From: Candidatus Hydrothermarchaeota archaeon
Lineage (GTDB): Archaea > CAYFZR01
Assembly: GCA_046760505.1 (NCBI GenBank)
Contig: JBHIEG010000002.1
Span: 32,001 to 96,000, forward strand
Length of the DNA stretch: 64,000 bases
Direction of reading: 5' to 3'
Below the pieces are notes generated by a model. It worked only from the letters and a program-made list of their open reading frames with translations. It was not told the DNA's origin and searched no databases. Position numbers and translations under genes: made by a program. Shown here in pieces: positions 33,188 to 42,281 of this stretch (positions within the stretch are counted from its first letter, which is position 1; every line of letters starts with the position of its first letter).

Positions 33188-34696
33188 ATGAAAGAGATAG
33201 GAACCGTAATATCTGAACCAAGCCCTTCTCCAAGCGAATTCGCTTTTGTATTAAACGTTGATGGTTTGGCAGTAAGAAAGGGAAATTTTGTACAGTTAGA
33301 AACAGAAGAAGGAACAATGATAGCAAATGTGAAGGATTTATACAAATCTAACCGATATTTTGAGAAAGCAGAGACGGTGAGAGAATATGAAAGAAGTGGA
33401 AGGCCTTTAAGCAGCATATTCCCCGCACCCCGATGGGAGATAACGGTCGGAATCGCTAGACCACTTGGAGTTTTTTCATCCGAGACTTTGAATCGAGCAA
33501 CCTATCCTCCATCCACAGGTACAAAGGTGTATCTAGCAGATGAAGGTTTGCTTTCCAAATTTTTGGGAAGTGAGGAGAATGGTATTAATGTAGGGACCTT
33601 AAGGTTTCATGATCTTCCAATAAAATTGAATATGACTCGATTGTTTCAAAAACACCTTGCCATACTGGCTATGAGCGGAGCAGGGAAATCTTATCTTGTT
33701 TCTGTACTTTTAGAAGAGTTACTGAGCAGGAAAGAGGGGGGAAGGCTCGGCGTAATAATATTTGATGTTCACGGTGAGTATACGGGATTTTCAACAATCC
33801 CTCCTCAAGGGTATGTTGATTACAGCGGGAGTGTCAATGTATTTTCTGGGGAAGATATAAGTATTGGCGTCCCTAATTTAAGTGCAGGTGATTTCTCCAA
33901 GTTATTGCCCAATATAACACCCGTTCAAAAAAGAGAATTGAGCAGGATTTTGAACAACCTCAAAATGACCTTTGACTCATATTCACTAGAAGATATTGTC
34001 GAATTTATTCAAAAAGATCCTGACATGAACAAAAAAACAAAAGAGGCGATGATAAGCTGGCTTATTGGACTGGATGACCTGGGTCTATTTGGAAAATACG
34101 ATTATCCTTCTCTTAAAAAAATAGTCGAGCCAAGAAGGGCAACGATTTTCGACCTAAGCGATATAATCGATATGCAAAGGAAACAAATAATAGTTGCTCA
34201 CATAGCGAGAAGACTCTTCAATCTAAGAAGATCTGGAGAAATTTGTCCATTTCTCATTGTTTTAGAGGAGGCACACCAGTTTATACCAGAAGGAGAAAGA
34301 GTTGCAAGAATAACAAGGGAAATATTTGAAACCATTGCAAGGGAAGGAAGAAAATTCTATGCTTCCCTTTGCTTGGTAAGCCAGCGACCAATAAAACTCT
34401 CAACAACGGTTCTCTCTCAGTGTAACACCCATATAATTCTAAGGGTGACAAATCCCTACGATCTCGACCATATAGGAAGGTCATCAGAGGGAATCACTCG
34501 AGATGTTCTGGACCAGATATCTACCCTTAGAGTCGGCGAGGCTCTGATTGTTGGAGAAGCTATAAATCAACCGATATTTGTAAAGGTAAGAGAGAGAACT
34601 TCACAGCCACCGTTGCACAGTCTAAGTCTTGAAGAGGCGTGCATACTCTATGAAAATAAAGAAAAAGAAGAGCTAGAAGATTCTGACATATACTGA
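33188..34696 (+). CDS. herA: HerA bipolar helicase/ATPase
   Basis: N-terminal HAS barrel, HLAILAMSGAGKS, EEAHQF, AREGRKF and SQRP motifs. Confidence 0.92.
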   Translation: MKEIGTVISEPSPSPSEFAFVLNVDGLAVRKGNFVQLETEEGTMIANVKDLYKSNRYFEKAETVREYERSGRPLSSIFPAPRWEITVGIARPLGVFSSETLNRATYPPSTGTKVYLADEGLLSKFLGSEENGINVGTLRFHDLPIKLNMTRLFQKHLAILAMSGAGKSYLVSVLLEELLSRKEGGRLGVIIFDVHGEYTGFSTIPPQGYVDYSGSVNVFSGEDISIGVPNLSAGDFSKLLPNITPVQKRELSRILNNLKMTFDSYSLEDIVEFIQKDPDMNKKTKEAMISWLIGLDDLGLFGKYDYPSLKKIVEPRRATIFDLSDIIDMQRKQIIVAHIARRLFNLRRSGEICPFLIVLEEAHQFIPEGERVARITREIFETIAREGRKFYASLCLVSQRPIKLSTTVLSQCNTHIILRVTNPYDLDHIGRSSEGITRDVLDQISTLRVGEALIVGEAINQPIFVKVRERTSQPPLHSLSLEEACILYENKEKEELEDSDIY

Positions 34697-34773
34697 AAAC
34701 ATGCAATTTTTGACATGAATACGAAAATTTGTATACGACAAATATATATACATCCTTATAGTTTTATTTATAC

Positions 34774-35067
34774 ATGGCAACATCGACATATGACGTATTA
34801 ACAGACGTGAGCCAGATAAGGCCAAAGTACCTTGCATCCTCAAATATATCTGAGCTATATACAGATGGAAAGAACACCCTCATACTGCTTAACAATGGAG
34901 AAAAACTTATCAGACCATTCAAATTTGGCATAACTCATTTAGAAAGGAATTTTAATATTAAAATAACCGGTAAGCCAAAAACCGTGATAAAATACTCTGA
35001 AAACATAACCTTCAAAATAATTCACACGATGGGCAAAATACTTGTGAAGATTTTAAGAAAAGGCTAG
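34774..35067 (+). CDS. hypothetical protein
   Basis: 97 aa ORF preceded by a TATA-like box. Confidence 0.5.
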   Translation: MATSTYDVLTDVSQIRPKYLASSNISELYTDGKNTLILLNNGEKLIRPFKFGITHLERNFNIKITGKPKTVIKYSENITFKIIHTMGKILVKILRKG

Positions 35068-35274
35068 CTACAATCTGAATTTTGCTCCACACTTTTGACA
35101 TCTAAAGGTAATTCCTTCGTAGTGAGATATATCTCCCACCACCACGCAACAGTTATCTTTACACTCAGGACATAGGATTCTTTTTTCGTTTGAAGCATGG
35201 GTCGCTAAACAAATTGCCCTTTTTAGAGCGGAATCGTAAAGACATATCTCTTCTTCATTTGTATCAGGCATCAC
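35068..35274 (-). CDS. small Zn-ribbon protein
   Basis: CPEC...CQKC; its stop abuts the convergent ORF. Confidence 0.65.
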   Translation of the reverse strand: MMPDTNEEEICLYDSALKRAICLATHASNEKRILCPECKDNCCVVVGDISHYEGITFRCQKCGAKFRL

Positions 35275-35341
35275 AAACCCTCAATTATTTACCTACCACT
35301 CTTTTATTTTATTTAATATAAACTTTGTCTTTTAAAAAAAA

Positions 35342-35755
35342 TTAATCAACCCAGTACTCCTTAGATTCTGTGTATTCTTTCTTCCATATGGGTGCTTCTT
35401 CCTTTAGACGATCTATCATTTCTCTGACTGATTTAAAGCATTCTTCTCTGTGCCTAGAGGCTACAACGATATATATAATGTCTTCGCCGGGATATAATTC
35501 CCCTATTTTATGTGCTACTCTTATATCCAATATGCCGTATTTTTCCATCAATTCTTCGATAATCTCATCCAACTTGGATTCAGCCAATTCCCTGTAACTG
35601 TCGAATTCTAACTTCATTACTCTTTCATTTTCAGATAATCCCCTCACCACACCAATGAAACAGCAAATCGCTCCGCATTCATTTTTGTTCTTTTTAATAT
35701 CCTCAATTAATTCGCTTATCCCGGGAACTTCTTCGTCGACAATAACTCTCCTCAT
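35342..35755 (-). CDS. moaE: molybdopterin synthase catalytic subunit
   Basis: GAICCFIGVVR, HKIG.L..G, S.HR and KEEAPIWKKE motifs. Confidence 0.93.
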   Translation of the reverse strand: MRRVIVDEEVPGISELIEDIKKNKNECGAICCFIGVVRGLSENERVMKLEFDSYRELAESKLDEIIEELMEKYGILDIRVAHKIGELYPGEDIIYIVVASRHREECFKSVREMIDRLKEEAPIWKKEYTESKEYWVD

Positions 35756-36027
35756 AAAAAGCCACCAGAAACAGGGGGAAATATTGCAATTTCATCGTTT
35801 TCCCCTATTTTTTTATCTATTTCATCTATTTTTACTATTTTGCTGTTCAACAGTATGGTAACGTAATCCCTGAGATTTCCCCTCTCGTCAAATATGAGTT
35901 TTCTCATTTCGTCTCCGTACTGATCTGCGATTTCATTTAAAATCTCTTTTATGGTGCCTCCTTTAATATTTTCTTCTCTTTTTTTAGTTTTCTCTTTGAA
36001 CACTGCAAAATATTTTACCTTAGGCAT
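35752..36027 (-). CDS. moaD: MoaD/SAMP ubiquitin-like sulfur carrier ending GGFL
   Basis: VKYFA..E, ILLN and DEIAIFPPVSGG; ATGA overlap with moaE. Confidence 0.9.
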   Translation of the reverse strand: MPKVKYFAVFKEKTKKREENIKGGTIKEILNEIADQYGDEMRKLIFDERGNLRDYVTILLNSKIVKIDEIDKKIGENDEIAIFPPVSGGFL

Positions 36028-36111
36028 ATTTCCACCTTAGGGTCTTAACTCCACTTATATAATTTATCCTCGTAACCGCATCGTGAAGGTTATTTGATAT
36101 AATTATTTAAA

Positions 36112-36125
36112 TATAACTAGTTATA
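36112..36125. promoter_or_regulatory. perfect 14-bp palindrome TATAACTAGTTATA, candidate operator
   Basis: Lies just downstream of TATA-like TTTAAATA in the divergent moaD/trmB intergenic region. Confidence 0.4.
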
Positions 36126-36152
36126 ATTTTATTTACAACAGAGGGATTTCAT

Positions 36153-36968
36153 ATGTATGTCAGGAAGGAAATATACGAGGCACTGCAAACATTAGGCTTG
36201 AATGAACATGAGGTAAACACATACATAGCACTTGTAGCGGGAGGATCACTTACCGCAAGCGAGATAAGCGATGCTACGGAAATAGTGAGACCTAGAGTTT
36301 ACGGAATACTTGAAGATCTGGAGAAAAAAGGGCTTGTAAATATTCAGCATAGCAGACCAATGAGATTTAGAGCTGTTTCACCAGAAGAGGCGATCAAAAA
36401 CCTTAGATCTATCATTGAAAGAGAATATGCATGCAAAATGTCAGAACTCAAAAAGATAGAGGAGAACATGCTATATGAATTAAAAGGGTTATTCAACAAA
36501 AGTTTAGAATTGACAAGACCTGAGGATATATTTTGGACACTAACCGGGAGAAAAAACATATATCACAAACTTGATGAATCCATTAGAAATTCCAAGGAGA
36601 GAATTATACTTATAAGCAGAGGCGATGGAATAAACAGGTGCGTAAAATATCTATATGATCCGCTAGAGCAGGCGAGGAAAAACGGCGTATTAATCAAAAA
36701 CATAGTTCCTATAAAGAAAGAAAACCTTAATGATATCATGAAACTCTCTAAAATCATGGAAATAAGACATATAGATAATGTTTATGCAAAATTCTGGGTT
36801 TTTGACGACAAAGACGTTATGATATTTACCGACATCGAGAGCAAGCCTGGTTTTGATATCGGCGTTTGGACCAAGCATAAAAATGTCGCAGCCATGTTCG
36901 ATTTCTTTTTTGATTGTGCATGGAGAGGTTCAAAGTCTTTGGAAGAAAGAGTGGCTGAACTGAAATAA
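36153..36968 (+). CDS. TrmB family transcriptional regulator
   Basis: LGL...E...Y..L, RPRVY..L..LEKKGLV wHTH plus C-terminal effector domain. Confidence 0.92.
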   Translation: MYVRKEIYEALQTLGLNEHEVNTYIALVAGGSLTASEISDATEIVRPRVYGILEDLEKKGLVNIQHSRPMRFRAVSPEEAIKNLRSIIEREYACKMSELKKIEENMLYELKGLFNKSLELTRPEDIFWTLTGRKNIYHKLDESIRNSKERIILISRGDGINRCVKYLYDPLEQARKNGVLIKNIVPIKKENLNDIMKLSKIMEIRHIDNVYAKFWVFDDKDVMIFTDIESKPGFDIGVWTKHKNVAAMFDFFFDCAWRGSKSLEERVAELK

Positions 36969-37055
36969 TCTCGGGATTTCATTTATTAACTTTTATTTCT
37001 CACTTCATAAAAGTTTATTAAGGAAAAAGATTCATTCCCCATATAAGGTGATTGG

Positions 37056-37931
37056 ATGAAATACGCTCCACACATATTTTTCATTTTAATTATTTCTTTC
37101 ACATCTGTTGCCTTTTCACAGTCCATAAGTGTGAGTTCAAGTTACCCTGATTTCATAGCTCAGGGTGACAAAGGTGTAGTCCTTTTAACCATTAAAAACG
37201 ATTTTGATAAACCCAGAGAAGTATCTATTTTCATTCATACATCTGCTTTTGATGTAATCGGGCACAATCCGGTTAATTTTACGATCCTCCCTATGACAAC
37301 GAAGAGCGTTCCATTCGTTCTAACACCAGTAAAAGAGCCTGGTTACTACAAGGTAGACGTCATAATTAGCGTAGACAATAAGATAAAGGGACAAGAATTC
37401 TACATAGAAATAAGGAAACCGATGATGGTAATCAATTTTCCAAGAATTGCCATTTTCATACTGTTTATTTTTGCCTTCTATCTTGTACTTGCTTTTTTAA
37501 GGGGAGAATCATTAAGAAAAGAGTTCAACGAACTCGTTAAGTCTCTTGTTTTTGCATTGGCCCTTTATTTTGTATTAAGCAGTTTATTAACTTATGCTTT
37601 TAATTCAGATACACCCATAGTCGCTGTTGCGTCAGATAGCATGGTTCCGACATTAAATAGGGGGGACGTTTTGTTTGTAAAGGGAGGAGAAGACATAAAT
37701 GAAGGAGATATTATAGTTTACAGAAGTCCGGTTGGAAACATACCGATTATCCATAGGGTTATAAAAGTTAAAGACAACCAGACATATATAACTAAAGGAG
37801 ATGCGAATCCAGCACCAGATCCATGGGAGGTAAAGAAAAGTTGGGTAACCGGCAAGGTAATTATGATAGATCATAGACCCCTTCTCATTCCATGGATCGG
37901 TAAGTTGCGTTTGATCCTCTCTGGCTTGTGA
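37056..37931 (+). CDS. signal peptidase I (S26, Sec11/SipW type) fused to an N-terminal secreted Ig-like domain
   Basis: VASDSMVP (Ser), RGD, IIHRV (His), TKGDAN..PD; N-terminal signal peptide, about 100 aa beta-sandwich-like region, 2 TM. Confidence 0.88.
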   Translation: MKYAPHIFFILIISFTSVAFSQSISVSSSYPDFIAQGDKGVVLLTIKNDFDKPREVSIFIHTSAFDVIGHNPVNFTILPMTTKSVPFVLTPVKEPGYYKVDVIISVDNKIKGQEFYIEIRKPMMVINFPRIAIFILFIFAFYLVLAFLRGESLRKEFNELVKSLVFALALYFVLSSLLTYAFNSDTPIVAVASDSMVPTLNRGDVLFVKGGEDINEGDIIVYRSPVGNIPIIHRVIKVKDNQTYITKGDANPAPDPWEVKKSWVTGKVIMIDHRPLLIPWIGKLRLILSGL

Positions 37932-37932
37932 G

Positions 37933-38277
37933 GTGATTAAAATAGAACTGATAAAAATACCGAAGACAAGATGTATCGTATGTAGTCAGATGCATAAAAG
38001 AAAAAAAATAGAATTTGAGGAATTACACTGGGACATCGTAAGCGGCGCATTTTCTGAAGAACAAATATACTTCTGCCCTGCTCATATCGATGAATTCGTG
38101 GATTGGATAATAAAAAATCCCAAGATGCTTGAGAAAAAAATTCCTGCAAGCGGATTAATGATCAATGCCGAAATAGCAACTCCAATTGATGTATTGGGAT
38201 TATTAAAAAAGAGAATAAATGAAAAAATCGAGTTCTATAAAAAAATAGATGAAAAACTGGAGTTCTTGAACAAATAA
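37933..38277 (+). CDS. hypothetical protein with CxxC...CxxH putative Zn site
   Basis: CIVC and CPAH; directly follows the peptidase gene. Confidence 0.6.
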   Translation: MIKIELIKIPKTRCIVCSQMHKRKKIEFEELHWDIVSGAFSEEQIYFCPAHIDEFVDWIIKNPKMLEKKIPASGLMINAEIATPIDVLGLLKKRINEKIEFYKKIDEKLEFLNK

Positions 38278-38347
38278 AGTATTTCCCATCAGGGAAAAAT
38301 CAAAGCAATTTCGCGGGATGATTGATAGATAAAGGAGGCTTCACTGT

Positions 38348-38932
38348 TTATTTTAAGTTTCTTATTCTAAATAAATCCGGATAAAATAAAAAAATCATGC
38401 CCAGAGAGATTAAGATTAGAGATATCCAAAATAGTTTAAGATGTATCCTAGATGAGAGAATTATGAAATCAAATATGAAAAGAATTATCCCCAAATGCAA
38501 TAGACCAGAGCCAAGCTGTAGGGTAAACCCGATCTTCTTAAAAAATAGTTTCTTTCTTTGAATCAATGCAATTATCAAATACAATTGAATCGTCAATAAA
38601 ACAATAAAAAGGAATGCAAGAGCGAATTTTAAATCGTAAATGGAAATAAATAAGGTTGATACTAAAATTAATGAGATTATTCTGATAATTTTCTCGTAAA
38701 AAATTCTTTTTGGAATGCAAATTCCCAAAAGGATGACTATGACCAGTATAAAGGGTAAAGATAACTTGGTCAGATGCTGAACGTAATTATCATATAACGG
38801 AGTCTGTTCCCAGTTCACAAACCTCAAACTGTATGTATGCCCTAGGATAACACCGTAGAAAAAGACAATTCCCAGTAAGAATAGTACACAAAACGTAATC
38901 TCTTCTAGGCTTTCATGGATTCTTTTATGCAT
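38348..38932 (-). CDS. membrane protein, probable C-terminal part of a split CcmF-like heme lyase
   Basis: About 6 TM; GSGLLHLGIILF resembles the CcmF G...HLG motif; overlaps the upstream ccmF-like stop. Confidence 0.55.
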   Translation of the reverse strand: MHKRIHESLEEITFCVLFLLGIVFFYGVILGHTYSLRFVNWEQTPLYDNYVQHLTKLSLPFILVIVILLGICIPKRIFYEKIIRIISLILVSTLFISIYDLKFALAFLFIVLLTIQLYLIIALIQRKKLFFKKIGFTLQLGSGLLHLGIILFIFDFIILSSRIHLKLFWISLILISLGMIFLFYPDLFRIRNLK

Positions 38933-39854
38933 AGGTGTGAACTCCTTTTACGTAATATGAGATAAGGAATGTAAAAATCAAAGAAATGTAACAAAATATT
39001 GCAACGCCTGCGATTACTTTTTTGTTCCTGTTTGTCAATCGAAGATGTAAGTAACCAGTGTAGAATAACCATAGCATTATGGAAGCGTTTATTTTTGGAG
39101 AAAACCACCATTTTTCGTCTTTCCATGCTTCAATTGCCCATGGATAACCAATTAGTAATCCTATGGTTAGCAAAAAATATCCAAACTTCGCGTAAGAAAT
39201 CGCTGTCTGATCTCCTTTATCTTTAATCAATACCAGGCCAGACATGGAAAAATTCAAAAAAAGCGATCCATAAGAAGCAAATAACAAAGGTGGATGTATC
39301 CACATGTAGGATGAGTTGTAATAGTAGATCGCCTTTGAATAAAGGCGGGAATACGCATAGAATATTGTCTGATAATCGTAGTAAGCAGCATGAGAAGATT
39401 GAATAACCCAACCGTACAACTCTTTAGAAAAATTTGGAAGTGGTTCCAGAAATGGATTTGAGTATATGCATACGATCAATGTAAAAATCGCTATTGGAAT
39501 GCTAGCTGCAATTTTTTCTTCTCTTTTAATTGGAATCGAGAGTAAGACTGCGATAAAACACCAAAAGTACAATTTTTCGTTTTCAATCCATAGAGGAATC
39601 TTAAATCTAAAGTAAAAGTCGGAATAAGGATTTTTAATTATCAACTGGGATATTTTATAGTGAAAGAATGCCAAGAAGATGAATCCGAGTAAAAAAAGAG
39701 AAGCATGTATGTATAGCGGTATTTCCGACTTAGATTTTTTTAAAGAAAAGAAAATAAGAGAAAATGAGGACAAAATAAGTAAAGGAGTTAAAATTTCTCC
39801 AAAACCTATGGTTAGATCAAGGATCTCCATGTAATTAGCCCATAGTGTAGACAT
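38925..39854 (-). CDS. ccmF: cytochrome c biogenesis protein, CcmF N-terminal/CcsA family
   Basis: NPF, WIHPPLLFASY, LTIGLLIGYPWA..AW...WWFSPK (WWD-like), WL.YTGYLH and C-terminal GVH. Confidence 0.82.
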   Translation of the reverse strand: MSTLWANYMEILDLTIGFGEILTPLLILSSFSLIFFSLKKSKSEIPLYIHASLFLLGFIFLAFFHYKISQLIIKNPYSDFYFRFKIPLWIENEKLYFWCFIAVLLSIPIKREEKIAASIPIAIFTLIVCIYSNPFLEPLPNFSKELYGWVIQSSHAAYYDYQTIFYAYSRLYSKAIYYYNSSYMWIHPPLLFASYGSLFLNFSMSGLVLIKDKGDQTAISYAKFGYFLLTIGLLIGYPWAIEAWKDEKWWFSPKINASIMLWLFYTGYLHLRLTNRNKKVIAGVAIFCYISLIFTFLISYYVKGVHTYA

Positions 39855-39944
39855 ATCCTTACTCTGAACCTACCGACTTAAATGTTTTGATATAAAATAA
39901 TTTATACTCCAAAAAACATTTTTATAAACAAGGGCGTGCGCTAG

Positions 39945-40256
39945 ATGAAGTACGATGTTAAATGCAATAAATGTTCAACCAGATTTGTGGTTGAAAAAAA
40001 TCCTAGTTGTCCAAGAAAAAAACCCAAACATCTGCTAGCACTCTGTCCAACATGTAACGTAACCAGAAAAACCATAGTCTCACTTTCTAAAGATAACTAC
40101 GAAAATACAAGGGCTCTATCCAAATTGTTATATATGTGTGCGTTGATTTATTTCGCATATATGATCGTAGAGATTTATTTAGTAAATGCAATAAATCTGG
40201 CAGATATATTGCTGTTGTTTGTACTCGGCATGAGCGGATATATAACATCAAGGTGA
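39945..40256 (+). CDS. Zn-ribbon plus 2-TM membrane protein
   Basis: CNKC...CPTC then two hydrophobic helices. Confidence 0.7.
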   Translation: MKYDVKCNKCSTRFVVEKNPSCPRKKPKHLLALCPTCNVTRKTIVSLSKDNYENTRALSKLLYMCALIYFAYMIVEIYLVNAINLADILLLFVLGMSGYITSR

Positions 40257-40261
40257 ATAAA

Positions 40262-40729
40262 ATGGCTATACTCGAAAGCAAAGAAGACAAGCAGTGGAGG
40301 GAATTTTTAAGCTGGATAGCAGGTAAAAAATTTAAGGATGTGGATGGCGCATTCGAATGGCTTGGTATAGAGGCCAAGAAGTTGAATGTGGATCCTCACA
40401 AATACATGGAATTACTCGGTCTCCTAGCAAAAACAATAAGTGCTTATGATAGCGCGGAGTTGATGGGGGCCGGCTTGCCAGAGTTTTTGAAGTCATACAA
40501 TAAATTGAAAGAAGAAGCAAGCGATGAATTTCCAAATGTCATAAGAACTATATTGGTAGGACTACAAATGAGATTTGTCGGAGATGCCATCTCTGTGGGC
40601 GGTGAGAAAGGTTTCATGCGACTTTCCATTACATTGGGCTCAAGGATGATCGAACAAATTTTGTTTGGCGATAATCAGGTAAAAGAATTTCCATGGAGAG
40701 AAATCATAGAACTTGTGAAGGAAGAGTAA
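40262..40729 (+). CDS. hypothetical helical protein
   Basis: Start reassigned to ATG 40262 after an AGGTGA RBS; 155 aa. Confidence 0.7.
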   Translation: MAILESKEDKQWREFLSWIAGKKFKDVDGAFEWLGIEAKKLNVDPHKYMELLGLLAKTISAYDSAELMGAGLPEFLKSYNKLKEEASDEFPNVIRTILVGLQMRFVGDAISVGGEKGFMRLSITLGSRMIEQILFGDNQVKEFPWREIIELVKEE

Positions 40730-40982
40730 TGCGGGAGTCTGATTAAAATCCAATTTCTACCACCTTGCCTAGCTCTGTTGCAAGAGATCAGTCAAAAAAA
40801 GCTTTTGATATAGAATATCCTCATCATATGTGAAAACTTCTTAGAAATGTTTAAAAGAAGAATTTTTTAGAGTAATAAACAAGAGAATAACATGCACCAT
40901 TCGCTCTTCAAAACCAGATAACATAGATTTTAAATATTATCCATGAATTTTTTAAAATTAGACTTGTAACGCAGGTGTATGT

Positions 40983-41360
40983 ATGCAAGAGGATGAAATG
41001 TGGCATGTTATGTGTAGGGTTTGCGGGAATAAATTCTACATAAAAAAACCTGCCAGAGAGTATGAGTTCCTTCTTAATCAATGCACGACCTGTAATGCAC
41101 TTAGAAGAGTTTATGTTCTGGAAAAAGGTAAGCGGCGAGTCTTAAAGTATTATTATTTCCCCCGTATCAAAAAATTGGCAAGTCACCTCTTTACCTCAGT
41201 ATTTTTTTTAGTGATGCTCGGAATCATGTTCCTTGGAGGGGGTCTGGCATACTTGGCCTATACAGCTCAGTACGACTTTGGAGGCCATATAGGACTAGCA
41301 GCAATAGCCGTTGCTCTATTCTTGATCATCGACAAAGTATATGAACTTAAATTTGGATAG
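40983..41360 (+). CDS. Zn-ribbon plus 2-TM membrane protein (paralog of 39945-40256)
   Basis: CRVC...CTTC then two TM helices. Confidence 0.72.
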   Translation: MQEDEMWHVMCRVCGNKFYIKKPAREYEFLLNQCTTCNALRRVYVLEKGKRRVLKYYYFPRIKKLASHLFTSVFFLVMLGIMFLGGGLAYLAYTAQYDFGGHIGLAAIAVALFLIIDKVYELKFG

Positions 41361-41369
41361 TGGTAAGTC

Positions 41370-42065
41370 ATGGCTATTCCAGAAAAATTGAAAGAAGCAG
41401 ATAAAATACTGTACGTTGAAATGGCATTCGGAGTGCTCCTACTTTTTTTTGCCATATACGGTATAGTTAACGCCTTTGATTATTTTGCCTCCGCATGGAT
41501 GGGTCACATGGGAGACAGACTTGTTAGCAGGAGTGAAATTATTCCGTTTTGGAGAAGCGCCTTGGCTTCATGTGTGAGAATGGTTATTGTCGCCTTCATA
41601 GGAGGAGTGCTCACCGCTCACTCAGCGATAGGTATTTTCGGAGAAGAAAGGTTATATGGACCCATTGCATCTGCGATGGAACAGATTACGTCAAAAGAGA
41701 GAAGTGGTAAGATAAAAATATCCGACGGTATTTCTTTTATAACGGCTAAACTACACCGAAAAAACGCTCCGAGAACTGTTAATGCTTTATTAAATAAATT
41801 GCCATTATCGGTTGAGAAAGTCGAAGTGTACAACGACAACGTTTTACTTTTAAATTTTGAACTTGATGTTGAAGGTGAAAACCAACGGATAACCATAAAA
41901 AATGGAGAAATAGGTTATATACCAGAGTTAAAACAAATTTGCATTGCAATCAATGAGGAAAGGATGATTTCCCCGGTGAATATAATCGGTAAAGTGGAAG
42001 AAGGAGATGCTTCTGCTCTACAAATAGATAGAGGACTATCTATTAAAACATCGATGGTGGAATAA
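41370..42065 (+). CDS. membrane protein with C-terminal cyclophilin-like (DUF369/DUF3830-type) domain
   Basis: 2 TM then AP.TV..L...LPL, GEIGY.P....ICI and PVNIIGKV pattern. Confidence 0.7.
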   Translation: MAIPEKLKEADKILYVEMAFGVLLLFFAIYGIVNAFDYFASAWMGHMGDRLVSRSEIIPFWRSALASCVRMVIVAFIGGVLTAHSAIGIFGEERLYGPIASAMEQITSKERSGKIKISDGISFITAKLHRKNAPRTVNALLNKLPLSVEKVEVYNDNVLLLNFELDVEGENQRITIKNGEIGYIPELKQICIAINEERMISPVNIIGKVEEGDASALQIDRGLSIKTSMVE

Positions 42066-42071
42066 TGATAG

Positions 42072-42281
42072 ATGGATAAAGACATTAGGATCTTAATAAT
42101 CCTCCTCTGCATTATTATTGGTTTTTTGATTTTAAGAGGTGTGGGATTTATACTTGCTGGCACATCTCTCATCATAATCTTTGGTTTCTCTCATCATCAT
42201 TCTACCCTAACTTACATTCTTGAAGTACTCGGGATAATGTTCGTATTGTATGGAATAATAAGACTATACAGGGAGATTTGA
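42072..42281 (+). CDS. small membrane protein
   Basis: 69 aa, three hydrophobic segments with a central HHH. Confidence 0.6.
   Translation: MDKDIRILIILLCIIIGFLILRGVGFILAGTSLIIIFGFSHHHSTLTYILEVLGIMFVLYGIIRLYREI

Noticed and set aside
37933-41360. CxxC proteins as additional c-type cytochromes
   Set aside because: No CxxCH motif and no signal peptide; the Cys pairs fit cytoplasmic Zn ribbons.
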